From Fibrobacterales bacterium (GTDB taxonomy: Bacteria; Fibrobacterota; Fibrobacteria; Fibrobacterales; JAOPTW01), in contig JAOPTX010000034.1 of NCBI GenBank assembly GCA_051532055.1, forward strand, positions 39,747 through 103,746: a stretch of 64,000 bases of DNA, given 5' to 3'. Below, piece by piece: positions 1-9,830 of the stretch; the stretch's first letter is position 1, and each line of letters opens with the position of its first letter. The notes under the pieces are model-generated. The model was not told where the DNA came from and made no database searches. It worked only from the letters and a program-made list of their open reading frames with translations. The translations under genes and the position numbers were made by a program.

Positions 1-24
1 ACGATGCATATCTTTTATAAAGTA

Positions 25-1491
25 TTAAATATTAAAATCAATCCTTGGATTCCAAAATTCATTAGGAGGGGTCTTGATATTATTTTTGCAACGCTCCACA
101 TAAATCGTCAGCACCTTATCCGAACCGCAATCATTTAAACACTTTTCGAAAATCGATAATGCCATATCCCATTTATGGTTTCGATACAACCCCAAACCGA
201 CATGAAATTCATCCAGTATGCGTAACAATTTATTTTGCCGCTCTACGGGATTACCTTCAATAACTTCAAAAATAATTTCCGGCTGCGACTTCCCCTTAAC
301 CACCACCATATCCAACTCTCTAAAGTGATATTCTGAGCCTGCACCCACTCCACCTTTTATTGCTGAAGAAACAATAATGCCCACGCCATAATAAGATGTT
401 AGTGACTCTAATCGAGCCCCTACATTTACAACATCCCCCAATACCGTTGAATCCATTCTATCACTACTCCCAACCGTACCAATTACAACTTCCCCTGTAT
501 GAAGCCCAACTCCCACATTAAAAAGCTCCGTCTCATGATGCTCCGCCCACTGATTATACCGCCATTGAGCCTTTTGAATCATTATTGCCGAATCAAGCGC
601 ATTTTTAATACCGCCGCCTGTATCCCCATCAAACAAAGCCATAATCTCATCCCCAATAAACTTGTCCACAAATCCATTATAATTATGAATAATTGAACTC
701 ATTTTTTGAAAGTGAATATTCAACTGGTCAAGAAGCTCTTGAGGAGGGTAACGCTCTGATATTGTTGTGAAGTTTCTGATATCTGAAAAGAGTACGGTAA
801 GAATCTCTGTCTTTGCTTTTCCAAATTCAATAGTTGAAATATCTCCATTAGCAATTTTTGAGATAAACTGCTTCGGCACAAATTTCTCGAAAATGATTGT
901 TAACTCCGATATTTTTTCAGACTCTGCAAGCCGTATCTTTGTCTGCTTCAACTCATTAAACGTGTATTTACTTATAGATTGCACCCCTGCTAATGCATAC
1001 ATCAAAAAATATGAAGCCAAATTAATAATTAATACCCTCTTCAAAAGTTCACCATCCAGATGCCCGAGCTCGAACAATACTCCTACTGCCACCCCTACGC
1101 CTAATGGATATAAAATAAGCGCCCATTTTGGCTGTGCAATCAGACCATATATCACTGTCGACAAAACTAAAGAGACCCCCCAATACACATTTGCGTTATT
1201 CATAATAAGAAAAATATTAAACATTATTGGGAGTGTTATCGCAAAAGAAAGCTCAAAGTAACGCTTCACAGCCGTTGAATAAAATCCTTTTTTCAATATA
1301 AAAACATAGGATCCATAAATTGCTATTGCAGCGAGACGCAGATATACATTTTCCCAATAATCAGTCAGATACTCAAGAATAAAATAAAAGCCAATATGCC
1401 CGAAAAACCCCGTAAGAAATATGAACTTCATTAAATGCTGATGAAGTGAATAATCTTCATAAGCCAAAATCAACTTTATCTTTTTAAACAT
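25..1491 (-). CDS. Membrane-bound class III adenylate cyclase (about 6 N-terminal TM helices, C-terminal helical tail)
   Basis: LFSDIRNFT, VDKFIGDEIMA, GVGLHTG and MDSTVLGDVVNVGARLE motifs; the Lys/Asp specificity pair indicates ATP. Start uncertain (ATG 1491, ATG 1539 or GTG 1545). Confidence 0.9.
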   Translation of the reverse strand: MFKKIKLILAYEDYSLHQHLMKFIFLTGFFGHIGFYFILEYLTDYWENVYLRLAAIAIYGSYVFILKKGFYSTAVKRYFELSFAITLPIMFNIFLIMNNANVYWGVSLVLSTVIYGLIAQPKWALILYPLGVGVAVGVLFELGHLDGELLKRVLIINLASYFLMYALAGVQSISKYTFNELKQTKIRLAESEKISELTIIFEKFVPKQFISKIANGDISTIEFGKAKTEILTVLFSDIRNFTTISERYPPQELLDQLNIHFQKMSSIIHNYNGFVDKFIGDEIMALFDGDTGGGIKNALDSAIMIQKAQWRYNQWAEHHETELFNVGVGLHTGEVVIGTVGSSDRMDSTVLGDVVNVGARLESLTSYYGVGIIVSSAIKGGVGAGSEYHFRELDMVVVKGKSQPEIIFEVIEGNPVERQNKLLRILDEFHVGLGLYRNHKWDMALSIFEKCLNDCGSDKVLTIYVERCKNNIKTPPNEFWNPRIDFNI

Positions 1492-1690
1492 TAGCACTAT
1501 TGAGCTAAATATTTTTTGAGTATTTCGGAATGCCACCATGTACACAACATCAAATTGTTTCTCTGACTATACCATAATAAATACCGAATTGCTAAAAATT
1601 GGTAGGAAGTTCCAACGGTAAGCCTAATGATGAAGGTGTGCGAAAAAAAAGCGCTTCTCGATTACTCATTATAATTCACGCAAGTCCAGA

Positions 1691-2419
1691 TTAACCTTCT
1701 GCATCTTCAGCCCCCTGATAGACCCCTTTGAGCATATGCCACTTAGGGCCAAATCCATCCACTCTCTTAAGCTTAAAATTATTTGACCGTAACGCACGCT
1801 TCACCACACCCGCCGCAGTAAACGTTGCAATTGTTGAACCTTTTTTAGATTTTTGACCAATAGCCTCATATACAGAGTCAGACCACATATCTGGATTTTT
1901 TTTAGGATCAAACCCATCAAGATACCACGCATCTACTTCATCGGGGATGTCCTCCAAGCAATCAGCAACATCAGAAAAGATCAGTGTTAATTTTACTTTC
2001 CCATCGTCAAAATACAGTTCATATTTACCCGGCGCACAATCTGGGTAGACTTTAAGAAATTCATTTGAGAGTTCTTTGAGTTCACCCCATCGTTCAAGAA
2101 TTGTGATTAAATCCTCTTTTCCAATGGGGAATTTTTCCATAGAAATAAAATGAAGTGGAGCAGTGGCTGTTTTACGCCATAAATCCCATGTTGCCAAAAA
2201 GTTGAGGCCCGTTCCAAAACCGAACTCAGTCACAACAAAGGGTTCAACACCAATCCACCTTTCAATAAGGTCATTATGTTTTAGGAAAACATACCGCGAC
2301 TCTTCGAGCCCATCTTTAATAGAATAGTATACATCATCAAAGGAATTTGAGATAAGTCGCCCCCCTTCTTCAAGGAGAAGATCAGGCTTTTCAATTGAAT
2401 ATTCTGAACGGTCAGTCAT
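1691..2419 (-). CDS. mnmD: Stand-alone tRNA mnm5s2U34 methyltransferase (MnmC N-terminal domain only)
   Basis: FDDVYYS, EFGFGTGLNFL, DAWYLDGFDPKKNPDMWS and ATFTAAGVV motifs; 242 aa with no FAD oxidase domain. Confidence 0.88.
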   Translation of the reverse strand: MTDRSEYSIEKPDLLLEEGGRLISNSFDDVYYSIKDGLEESRYVFLKHNDLIERWIGVEPFVVTEFGFGTGLNFLATWDLWRKTATAPLHFISMEKFPIGKEDLITILERWGELKELSNEFLKVYPDCAPGKYELYFDDGKVKLTLIFSDVADCLEDIPDEVDAWYLDGFDPKKNPDMWSDSVYEAIGQKSKKGSTIATFTAAGVVKRALRSNNFKLKRVDGFGPKWHMLKGVYQGAEDAEG

Positions 2420-2439
2420 ATTTTATCTTCCTTCGAGCA

Positions 2440-2500
2440 TGTGAACCTTATCACACTTGTGATAAACAACACACACAAATGGAATTGAATTTTGTATAAT
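2440..2500 (+). promoter_or_regulatory. Tandem CRP/FNR-family-like (or Rex-like) boxes plus TATAAT -10 in the divergent mnmD / small-ORF spacer
   Basis: TGTGA-ACCTTA-TCACA (2440-2455), TGTGA-TAAACA-ACACA (2458-2473), TATAAT (2495-2500). Confidence 0.55.
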
Positions 2501-2530
2501 CACTAGTATAGATTTAACAAGCGCCTCAGT

Positions 2531-2764
2531 ATGAAACCGCTCACGACTAAATATAAAAACATTGAGTATCTCAGCAAGAAGAGCTATCGCGATTTCAACA
2601 ACTTTAGCTCGACACTAAAAAAAGAGATCGACTTTCTTATCGAACACCCTAAAGGGCATGTCCATATAAAACAGAAAACGTCTGAGCCCACCTACTCACC
2701 CATGTGGGCTTTTGTTGTTGCCGCCATCCCACTCGTTGCGATTATCGTCTTATCACAACAATAA
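2531..2764 (+). CDS. Small hypothetical protein with C-terminal TM anchor
   Basis: 77-aa ORF filling the intergenic gap, with its own -10 and a downstream terminator; hydrophobic tail MWAFVVAAIPLVAIIVLS. Confidence 0.65.
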   Translation: MKPLTTKYKNIEYLSKKSYRDFNNFSSTLKKEIDFLIEHPKGHVHIKQKTSEPTYSPMWAFVVAAIPLVAIIVLSQQ

Positions 2765-2780
2765 CCTTTTGATTATATAA

Positions 2781-2819
2781 ATAGAAAGAGCCTCGTCCAA
2801 AAGACGAGGCTCTTTCTAT
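2781..2819. terminator. Bidirectional intrinsic terminator
   Basis: Perfect 17-bp stem ATAGAAAGAGCCTCGTC-caaaa-GACGAGGCTCTTTCTAT between convergent genes. Confidence 0.85.
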
Positions 2820-2849
2820 AAAAAAATGTGTATAGTTCTTTTTTTTAAA

Positions 2850-3344
2850 TCAGATATCACGTTCAAAGTTTACGAACGAATATTCACATTCATCTTTTTC
2901 ACTCTTGGGAAAGGGACCATCACGATACACCTCTTTCCACCCATCACCAAGGTTGGTTAAGAATATATCTGCTTCAAATGATTGATGTACTTCCGTCAGA
3001 TAGAGCTTTCCACAATAAGGAAGAGCCATATCATAGATCTGAGCCCCACCAATAATAAACGCTTCACTTTCACCATTATCTTTAGCAACCTGGATCGCCT
3101 CATCTAGGGAATGAACAACAACACACCCTTCAGCCCTATAATCCTTTTGTCGTGTTATAATAACCGTTGTTCTATTGGGGAGTGGTCGTCCAATATCCTC
3201 ATAATTTTTTCGACCAGTAATAATATGATGACCCGTCGTAATCTCTTTAAAGCGTTTCAAATCTTTAGAGAGGCGCCAAATGAGCGAATTATCTTTGCCA
3301 ATAGCTCCGTTCTCCGCTATTGCCACAATCGTTGAGAGAATCAT
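2850..3344 (-). CDS. folA: Dihydrofolate reductase
   Basis: [33 protein letters not shown] and IIGGAQIY motifs; overlaps the thyA stop by 4 nt. Confidence 0.96.
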   Translation of the reverse strand: MILSTIVAIAENGAIGKDNSLIWRLSKDLKRFKEITTGHHIITGRKNYEDIGRPLPNRTTVIITRQKDYRAEGCVVVHSLDEAIQVAKDNGESEAFIIGGAQIYDMALPYCGKLYLTEVHQSFEADIFLTNLGDGWKEVYRDGPFPKSEKDECEYSFVNFERDI

Positions 3345-4135
3345 ATAGCAACAGCACCTTTAATATGGGGGTGCGACTCATATCCGATGAGCTCAAAGTC
3401 ATCGAAAGTGAAATCAAAAATGTCCATAATTTCCGGGTTGATTTTCATTTGGGGCAGAGGCTTTAGGTCACGACTCAATTGAAGCTCCACCTGCTCAAAG
3501 TGGTTCGTATAAATATGCGCATCACCAATAGTATGCACAAAATCTCCCACTTCAAGTCCACATACCTGAGCTACCATCATAGTGAGAAGGGCATAGGATG
3601 CAATATTAAAGGGGACACCGAGAAAGGTATCTGCAGATCGTTGATAGAGCTGACATGAAAGTTTACCGCTTGCCACATAAAACTGAAAAAACATGTGACA
3701 CGGGGGGAGCGCCATATTGGGGATCTCAGCAACATTCCAAGCATTGACGATAAGACGACGAGAATCAGGATTGCTTTTAATCTGTTCAATCACATCAGAA
3801 ATCTGATCAATAGTTTCACCGTTGGCACCTTTCCATGAACGCCATTGCACTCCATAGACTGGACCCAGATCACCATTTTCATCCGCCCACTCATTCCAAA
3901 TACGTACCCCATTATCTTGGAGATACTTGATATTTGAATCACCCTTAAGAAACCAGAGCAGCTCATGCACAATTGATTTAAGGTGGAGCTTTTTAGTAGT
4001 CACCATTGGGAATCCTTGAGAGAGATCAAAACGCATTTGATGCCCAAAGACACTAACGGTTCCGGTACCGGTTCGGTCCTCTTTTTTCGCGCCTTCATCA
4101 AGAATTCTCTGAACTAAATCTAAATACTGTTTCAT
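3341..4135 (-). CDS. thyA: Thymidylate synthase
   Basis: MKQYL start, DRTGTGT, catalytic [25 protein letters not shown]; 264 aa from ATG 4135. Confidence 0.98.
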   Translation of the reverse strand: MKQYLDLVQRILDEGAKKEDRTGTGTVSVFGHQMRFDLSQGFPMVTTKKLHLKSIVHELLWFLKGDSNIKYLQDNGVRIWNEWADENGDLGPVYGVQWRSWKGANGETIDQISDVIEQIKSNPDSRRLIVNAWNVAEIPNMALPPCHMFFQFYVASGKLSCQLYQRSADTFLGVPFNIASYALLTMMVAQVCGLEVGDFVHTIGDAHIYTNHFEQVELQLSRDLKPLPQMKINPEIMDIFDFTFDDFELIGYESHPHIKGAVAI

Positions 4136-4248
4136 TTGGAGTCCTATTATTGATAAAATCGTAAACACGCTACGACTCATACATAATTTTACAGATTATT
4201 TGGAAATGTAAAAAAAATCAGATCCCTGAATTCAGAATTCTCAATTTT

Positions 4249-4704
4249 TTAAGGGGCACCCTCTACCGTTGGCACCACTAAAACTGGCCTATCAGCTTTT
4301 TCAACTACTGATTTATAGATCATGCCTTGAAAACCACTCCGTTTATGACATCCAACAATTATCAGATCTACATCCTGCTCACGAGCCTGTTTGAGTATTT
4401 CTACAACTGGCTCACCTCGAGTGAGCATCCCTGTGGCCATAAGACCCAGAGCCTTAAGGCGTTTAATTTCTGTATTAAGAAGTTCGCCCTGTTCTTCAAA
4501 GGCTCGTTCTTGTTGACGATACAGTTCAGTTTGATCAATGGCGACATTCCCTACACCTTCAGTGTCCCAGTAAAGAGTTTCAAACTCACTTCCCGAAACA
4601 TGAATTAAAAATAGTTCGGCCCCTTTTGACCGCGCCCACTTTTCGGCTTCTACTAGGGATTGACTTTTTGGTGTAATGCTGTTATAGGCTACCACTATTT
4701 TCAT
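4249..4704 (-). CDS. Universal stress protein (UspA family)
   Basis: MKIVVAY, LFLIHV, GEPVVEIL, DLIIVG and RPVLVVP motifs; GGAGGA RBS before ATG 4704. Confidence 0.88.
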   Translation of the reverse strand: MKIVVAYNSITPKSQSLVEAEKWARSKGAELFLIHVSGSEFETLYWDTEGVGNVAIDQTELYRQQERAFEEQGELLNTEIKRLKALGLMATGMLTRGEPVVEILKQAREQDVDLIIVGCHKRSGFQGMIYKSVVEKADRPVLVVPTVEGAP

Positions 4705-4824
4705 TGGGTCCTCCACAAACTAAGCCTTAGCTTAATTCTATTGTAACTTTGGTATTCTTTCAAGTAGTTCTTGATGATTAGAGAGAAGAAACTACCTTTC
4801 ATTTGACCTTCAAATGGAGACACC

Positions 4825-5280
4825 ATGCCTCAAAAAGATAAACTCGAAGAGCTTTTCCGCCTTCAAACAGCCCTCAATAACCATGTTTTTAAAAAACAGG
4901 GACTCAAATCGGACGATGGTACCGAAATGACTATGGAAAAACTGTTAAGTGAGGGTCAAAGTACTGAAAAAATTGGTCCTAATACCAATACCAATACTTG
5001 GCTTAGAAAATTTCTTGAGGCTATGGATGATGAATCTCGTGAACTGAAAGATGAACTTCTTTGGAAGTGGTGGTCTAAGGATAGCCTTGACATGCAGAAC
5101 ATTAGAGTTGAAATAGTAGATCAACTGCACTTTTGGATCTCCTTAGCCTTATCTTCAGGAATGGATGCCAATAAAGTATTCGACATCTATTATCAAAAAA
5201 ATCTCGTCAATATTGAACGCCAAGAGAAAGGGTACAATAAGACTGATAAAACAGAAGCTGACAACAAAATCATAGAATAA
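4825..5280 (+). CDS. Dimeric all-alpha dUTPase (MazG-like NTP-PPase superfamily)
   Basis: ExxELxDE..WKWW, EIVDQLHFWIS and YYQKNLVNIERQEKGY motifs; GGAG RBS. Confidence 0.85.
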   Translation: MPQKDKLEELFRLQTALNNHVFKKQGLKSDDGTEMTMEKLLSEGQSTEKIGPNTNTNTWLRKFLEAMDDESRELKDELLWKWWSKDSLDMQNIRVEIVDQLHFWISLALSSGMDANKVFDIYYQKNLVNIERQEKGYNKTDKTEADNKIIE

Positions 5281-5305
5281 CCGAGAGCTTCAGAAATATT
5301 AGCCC

Positions 5306-5340
5306 AAGGGTTTCCACTATATGAGAGGCAACCCTTTTTG
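5306..5340 (+). terminator. Probable terminator after dUTPase
   Basis: AAGGGTTtCC...GGcAACCCTT followed by a T-tract. Confidence 0.5.
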
Positions 5341-5435
5341 TTTACCCAAAAACTACCTCATAGCCACTAAATAATTACTTTAATGGTGTACGGTCACCTT
5401 TTATTTAATCTTTTTTTCATTTTTTTTGAGTTTGA

Positions 5436-5478
5436 TGTGACACCTATCACTTACATAATCGTTTAACTCATGTACATT
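5436..5478 (+). promoter_or_regulatory. CRP/FNR-family-like box with candidate -10
   Basis: TGTGA-CACCTA-TCACT (5436-5451), then TACATT (5473-5478) after 21 nt, the same spacing as at 2458-2500. Confidence 0.5.
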
Positions 5479-5509
5479 AACAGTAATTATCAATGAAAAC
5501 GAGGAAATA

Positions 5510-7525
5510 ATGAAATATTTATCCCTAATTGCCTTAACAGTCCCACTATTTTTTGGTGGCTGCTTACTCGATAAAGATGAACCGAGCTCAGCTACGGTAT
5601 CTTCTTCAACTATAAATGGAACAACTTCTTCGGCCGCAAGCGGAACACCCTCTTCATCTTCACAAACCGGTAATTCAAGCCATACTGGCAACAATTCTTC
5701 GGGCACAAATCTATCAAGCTCTGACATGAATGTAACAAGCTCTGGCGACATTATTGTTGATGTTGATACAGGTATTGATGGCACCCTCACCTGTGGCGAT
5801 GTTCCTGCTGATAAGCAATCAGCTGCTGATGCCCTAGTGGAAAAAGCAAACAATAAAGCAATCCGTGAGATGGAAGACATGTTTAATGCAGACAGTTGGG
5901 ATGAAGCAACTATCAACGCCCCAACAGGTGCATTATCACTTTACAACCAAGCCCTTGAAATTGCTCCCAGCCATTGCGGTGCACTCTTTGGCAAATCACT
6001 TGCTTCGATGATGGTATTAACCCAAGATGATGACCTCAACGACTTTATTGACAAAATGGAAGCAACTCCGGTAATTGAACGAGGAAACACACAATTACCC
6101 ACTATTACAGATGAAGTACAGATCAATTCTATTGGAAATCCTGCATTCAACATTACCCCAGAGCAGTCACCAACCTTTTTACTTAAAGCCTCTGCTCAAC
6201 TTTCAGAAGCTGACCCTGTGACAGTACAAGAGCTACAAAATGTTATTGCCCAGTCAATTCTCCCTGAAGTAAATGCTTCAATTTCACGTCTTTCGGCAAT
6301 CCTTGAAGCAGGCAACTTTGAATTCAATTTTACAATACGCCCCGATACAAGAGATGAAAAAACATTTCAAATTGATAATGGGGAAATAGGTCCAATGCTT
6401 GCGGGAATGAGAATTTTCAAATCATACCTTATAGTAGTTCTCGCTCATAACCTAGACTTTTCTGATAACGGTTCTTATGAATGGATCAATACCATCAGCG
6501 ACTTGGAAGATGAAGACTATGCAAACCTCAATAACGAAGAACGCGCTGCCCTTGATCATCTTACTGGCCTCTTTTCAAAAAGCTCTTCGTTTACTGCTAT
6601 TAAACCAGACTATGCCCAAGCATTTGCTGCTATTCCAGATGAGCTTCTCCAAGCACTTAGAGATGTAAAAACTGGACTTGAGTATGGGATCAAAGAAGCG
6701 CAGTCTTCTACAAACACTCAAGAGAACGACATCTATGTTGTTGGCACTGGCATTGATGCAGACGTTGATCCACAAGACCTTCAAACAGCCGTTGATCAAA
6801 TGAAACATTTCGAAAAATACTTTCTAGGAACGGTACCAATCACCTATGCAAGAGGAACTAAAACACTCGAAGTAAACTTCCCCGCACTCTTTACACGCAC
6901 CAGTAACATCCAGAGCTTTTTACCTTACTATGAGCTTAACCCATACGAAGAATGGAATGATGTCGTTGGCTCTGACACCATGTGGACAACCATTGAACTT
7001 GATAACTATACGTGGGATCAAGACGAACCATGTACTATTGAAGAAGATGATGGACGCTATAAAGTAATGTGTACCCGTGATGGCAATGAACGAAGCTACT
7101 CTTCTTACGAATTCTGCAGAGCATCTTCTATACAAAATGAATGGAAATGTTTATACGACTCTCGCTGGGATATTGATGAACTCACAAAAGGTCCTTTCTA
7201 TTTTACTGACGTTGCAGGAAACAAAACATACGGGCCCGGTGATGATGAACCAGATGACATCACAGATCTAACTGGTAAAATTGTATTTCCAGACCCTACC
7301 TTTGGTGGCATATTCCCCAACCTTACTAATGACAATATTTTTGAATACATAGAATCACTTGAAGATATCTCACCATACGACGCCCAAGATTGTGAAGATA
7401 TTGAAGTACGCGATGAAGTATATGGCGGAAGCTACTACCGCTGGGAGTGTCATACCAATCCTCTCCCTGCCAATCCTTCTGACCTCGACAGACTCCTCTT
7501 TATGTTTGCAAGCTTTGATGACTAA
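5510..7525 (+). CDS. Large acidic lipoprotein of unknown function
   Basis: Lipobox FFGG-C, Ser/Thr-rich linker, helical body, Cys-containing C-terminal region; GAGG RBS. Confidence 0.85.
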   Translation: MKYLSLIALTVPLFFGGCLLDKDEPSSATVSSSTINGTTSSAASGTPSSSSQTGNSSHTGNNSSGTNLSSSDMNVTSSGDIIVDVDTGIDGTLTCGDVPADKQSAADALVEKANNKAIREMEDMFNADSWDEATINAPTGALSLYNQALEIAPSHCGALFGKSLASMMVLTQDDDLNDFIDKMEATPVIERGNTQLPTITDEVQINSIGNPAFNITPEQSPTFLLKASAQLSEADPVTVQELQNVIAQSILPEVNASISRLSAILEAGNFEFNFTIRPDTRDEKTFQIDNGEIGPMLAGMRIFKSYLIVVLAHNLDFSDNGSYEWINTISDLEDEDYANLNNEERAALDHLTGLFSKSSSFTAIKPDYAQAFAAIPDELLQALRDVKTGLEYGIKEAQSSTNTQENDIYVVGTGIDADVDPQDLQTAVDQMKHFEKYFLGTVPITYARGTKTLEVNFPALFTRTSNIQSFLPYYELNPYEEWNDVVGSDTMWTTIELDNYTWDQDEPCTIEEDDGRYKVMCTRDGNERSYSSYEFCRASSIQNEWKCLYDSRWDIDELTKGPFYFTDVAGNKTYGPGDDEPDDITDLTGKIVFPDPTFGGIFPNLTNDNIFEYIESLEDISPYDAQDCEDIEVRDEVYGGSYYRWECHTNPLPANPSDLDRLLFMFASFDD

Positions 7526-7545
7526 CATTCAGGTTTTATAACAAT

Positions 7546-7575
7546 AAAGCTGGCTCTTTCTGAGTCAGCTTTTTT
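7546..7575 (+). terminator. Intrinsic terminator
   Basis: AAAGCTGGCTC-tttct-GAGTCAGCTTT followed by T-tract. Confidence 0.75.
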
Positions 7576-7594
7576 ATTTAACTAATTTTATCAT

Positions 7595-9124
7595 ATGAAG
7601 ACCTTAATCCTTTTACTCATACTGTTTAATAGCCACACACTCTTTGCTATTGTCCCCCTTTTGGAATCTCTGGCATTCCCTAAACAATTGATTCTCCCCC
7701 GCTATACTCTATCGTTAGATAACCCGCTCTATCATCTCTCTACATTTGATACTCTTCACTATGCATTTAAGTATCATGACGATAACATATTACACACAAA
7801 CACCAGTCATATCAGCTCAACCTCATCGAGTCATACACTCTTTTTAACCATTGGAAAAATCGGTACCATTTATGGAGGTCTCAACTCATATTCATCTCGG
7901 TTGAGTTCTAGCACCCCTGATGTCGACTCTCTCTCACTTACTCACTACTCACACAAAAAGTACATTGGGCTTTATCTGCAGGGATACACTCCATTTATTA
8001 CCAAATTTGAGTACCAAAGCAATGGAACAATTACCGGAGGGCTCGGAATTGCTCAACACCTTCTTATTGAAGGGAGCTATCATTCAGAAATCAAAGAGGA
8101 CTCTCTACACTTATGGACCGAAGCCTTTCGAACCAATAGCTATCCTGCGATAGATGGTACTTACAGAGCACACTATAGAAAAGCAACGATTCAAGCACAC
8201 GGAGCATATCATAGACATTTCATATCACTCATCTATGGTGAAACTCAATCAACCCCCTCTACAGCAACAATCGATTACAGCGCCCCTACACAGTCTCATT
8301 ATTGGCTTGCTGACTCATCTTCAGCCAACCACTATGGAGCTACATATCACTACGCTCCTTTAAACTCCACCCCACACTACCATGCTTCAATTGAAATAAA
8401 AACAGGTACCACCACCACCATGGGTTTTAGACAAAATACTACTCACTCTTTTGGTATTAATACTAAAAAATATCATAATGCAGATTTTTATCACAACCTC
8501 ATTGATAGTCGCCTGAGTGCAACATTTTTTTCCCCAACGGTTATTAACTCATTCTCCATCGGTGGAGAATACCTCTCATACCAAATTTCTACAAGCAATA
8601 ACAATAGAAATAACCGCCTCAATGATTTTTTGCGCTACAACACACTCTTTCCCTCGCAGCTCAGTACAATCCTTGTGAGCAGCTACTTTAATCAGAGTGA
8701 CTTTATTACCAGTTCCCTAAGAATACAGCGTTTAACACTGCCACTCTCAATTACTCACTTAAATAGATATGGCTCTGTAACTCTAACCAGCCCCTTAGCC
8801 TACCATTCTATCAAGACATCCCTTATCCATGAGACCTATACCATACCTACATTTTTTCTCAGCGCACCAACACTCAATAGCGCCATGACATATACTGTTA
8901 CTGGTAAACTCATTTCAATACCATTTCAAGTATCGTATACCTATTCAATGGGCACCATCACCATGTCGATTACCGCAAATCAGATTATTCCTTTATGGAA
9001 TTCAATAAAAGCCGTAAACACTCAAGAATCATCACCTCCTCAAAGCCTTAAAATAAAAGAAAAAAACTATTCCTTAGCTAAAAACGGCTTTTCAATAGCT
9101 TACTCTACAAAAATCTCTTTTTAA
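7595..9124 (+). CDS. Hypothetical protein, probable outer-membrane beta-barrel
   Basis: Signal peptide, Tyr/Ser/Thr-rich alternating strands, ends ...IAYSTKISF. Confidence 0.6.
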   Translation: MKTLILLLILFNSHTLFAIVPLLESLAFPKQLILPRYTLSLDNPLYHLSTFDTLHYAFKYHDDNILHTNTSHISSTSSSHTLFLTIGKIGTIYGGLNSYSSRLSSSTPDVDSLSLTHYSHKKYIGLYLQGYTPFITKFEYQSNGTITGGLGIAQHLLIEGSYHSEIKEDSLHLWTEAFRTNSYPAIDGTYRAHYRKATIQAHGAYHRHFISLIYGETQSTPSTATIDYSAPTQSHYWLADSSSANHYGATYHYAPLNSTPHYHASIEIKTGTTTTMGFRQNTTHSFGINTKKYHNADFYHNLIDSRLSATFFSPTVINSFSIGGEYLSYQISTSNNNRNNRLNDFLRYNTLFPSQLSTILVSSYFNQSDFITSSLRIQRLTLPLSITHLNRYGSVTLTSPLAYHSIKTSLIHETYTIPTFFLSAPTLNSAMTYTVTGKLISIPFQVSYTYSMGTITMSITANQIIPLWNSIKAVNTQESSPPQSLKIKEKNYSLAKNGFSIAYSTKISF

Positions 9125-9147
9125 ATGAACAATGAGTCATTATATTA

Positions 9148-9200
9148 TTGATCATCTTTAAATTCTATGATATATTTTAATTGACTGACTGGTTAATCAA
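9148..9200 (+). promoter_or_regulatory. Sigma70 promoter and TetR-type operator
   Basis: TTGATC-17nt-TATATT with extended TG (9148-9176), then imperfect palindrome TTGACTGACTGGTTAATCAA (9181-9200). Confidence 0.65.
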
Positions 9201-9225
9201 AAATATTTTTGAAAATGAGATGAGA

Positions 9226-9819
9226 ATGGCCCCCCGCACTGAAGATCAAAATGAAGAGATACGACAACACTCACGACGCAAAATTCTTGATGCCGCATTA
9301 GAAGTCTTTGCGCAAAAGGGGTATGTAAATAGTACCATGGCTTCAATCGCAAAACAGGCAGGCGTATCTAAAGGCCTTGCCTACAACTATTTTGAAAATA
9401 AAGAAGCCCTTCTTAAAGAGGTCTTCGAAGAGGGCTTTTCTGCTATTGAAGCAATAATGAATGACTCTATATCCACTGACCCCCTTCAGTCGCTCATAAA
9501 TGTCATTAATATTTCCTATTCCTCATTTAAAGAAAATCTCCCTTTTTGGATCCTCTACTTACAAACAACAATTCAACCTGATTCCCAGGCTATCATTTCG
9601 GAAGAAATTCAATCACGTATGCACACCGTAATGGGTAGTATTATCCAGCTTTTTACTGCACTTGGTTCACAAGACCCAGAAACAGAAGCTTTCCTCTTTG
9701 GAGCTCACTTTGATGGAGTACTCTGTGACTATATGATGATGCCTGATGCCTACCCCATTGACAAAGTCCAGAATTTATTCATACAACGATACACCGATCT
9801 TTTTAAAGATCGCGCATAA
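9226..9819 (+). CDS. TetR/AcrR family regulator
   Basis: ILDAALEVFAQKG...IAKQAGVSKGLAYNYFENKEALL helix-turn-helix; start at 9220 or 9226 rather than TTG 9181. Confidence 0.95.
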   Translation: MAPRTEDQNEEIRQHSRRKILDAALEVFAQKGYVNSTMASIAKQAGVSKGLAYNYFENKEALLKEVFEEGFSAIEAIMNDSISTDPLQSLINVINISYSSFKENLPFWILYLQTTIQPDSQAIISEEIQSRMHTVMGSIIQLFTALGSQDPETEAFLFGAHFDGVLCDYMMMPDAYPIDKVQNLFIQRYTDLFKDRA

Positions 9820-9830
9820 AAAGGAGCACC

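Noticed and set aside
4825..5280. Anti-phage dNTP-depletion role for the MazG-fold protein
   Set aside because: Motifs match dimeric dUTPase, and the context is thyA/folA with no defence genes nearby.
5401..5916. 171-aa minus-strand ORF, and similar antisense or nested ORFs (767-1261, 30073-30519, 53471-53992, 54174-54662, 55885-56301)
   Set aside because: Shadow frames of well-supported genes, with no recognisable motifs.
9181..9225. Longest-ORF starts for tetR, thyA, tmk, hydC, glgP and rex
   Set aside because: The extensions run into operators or neighbouring genes, or lack an RBS. Downstream ATGs match the family N-termini.
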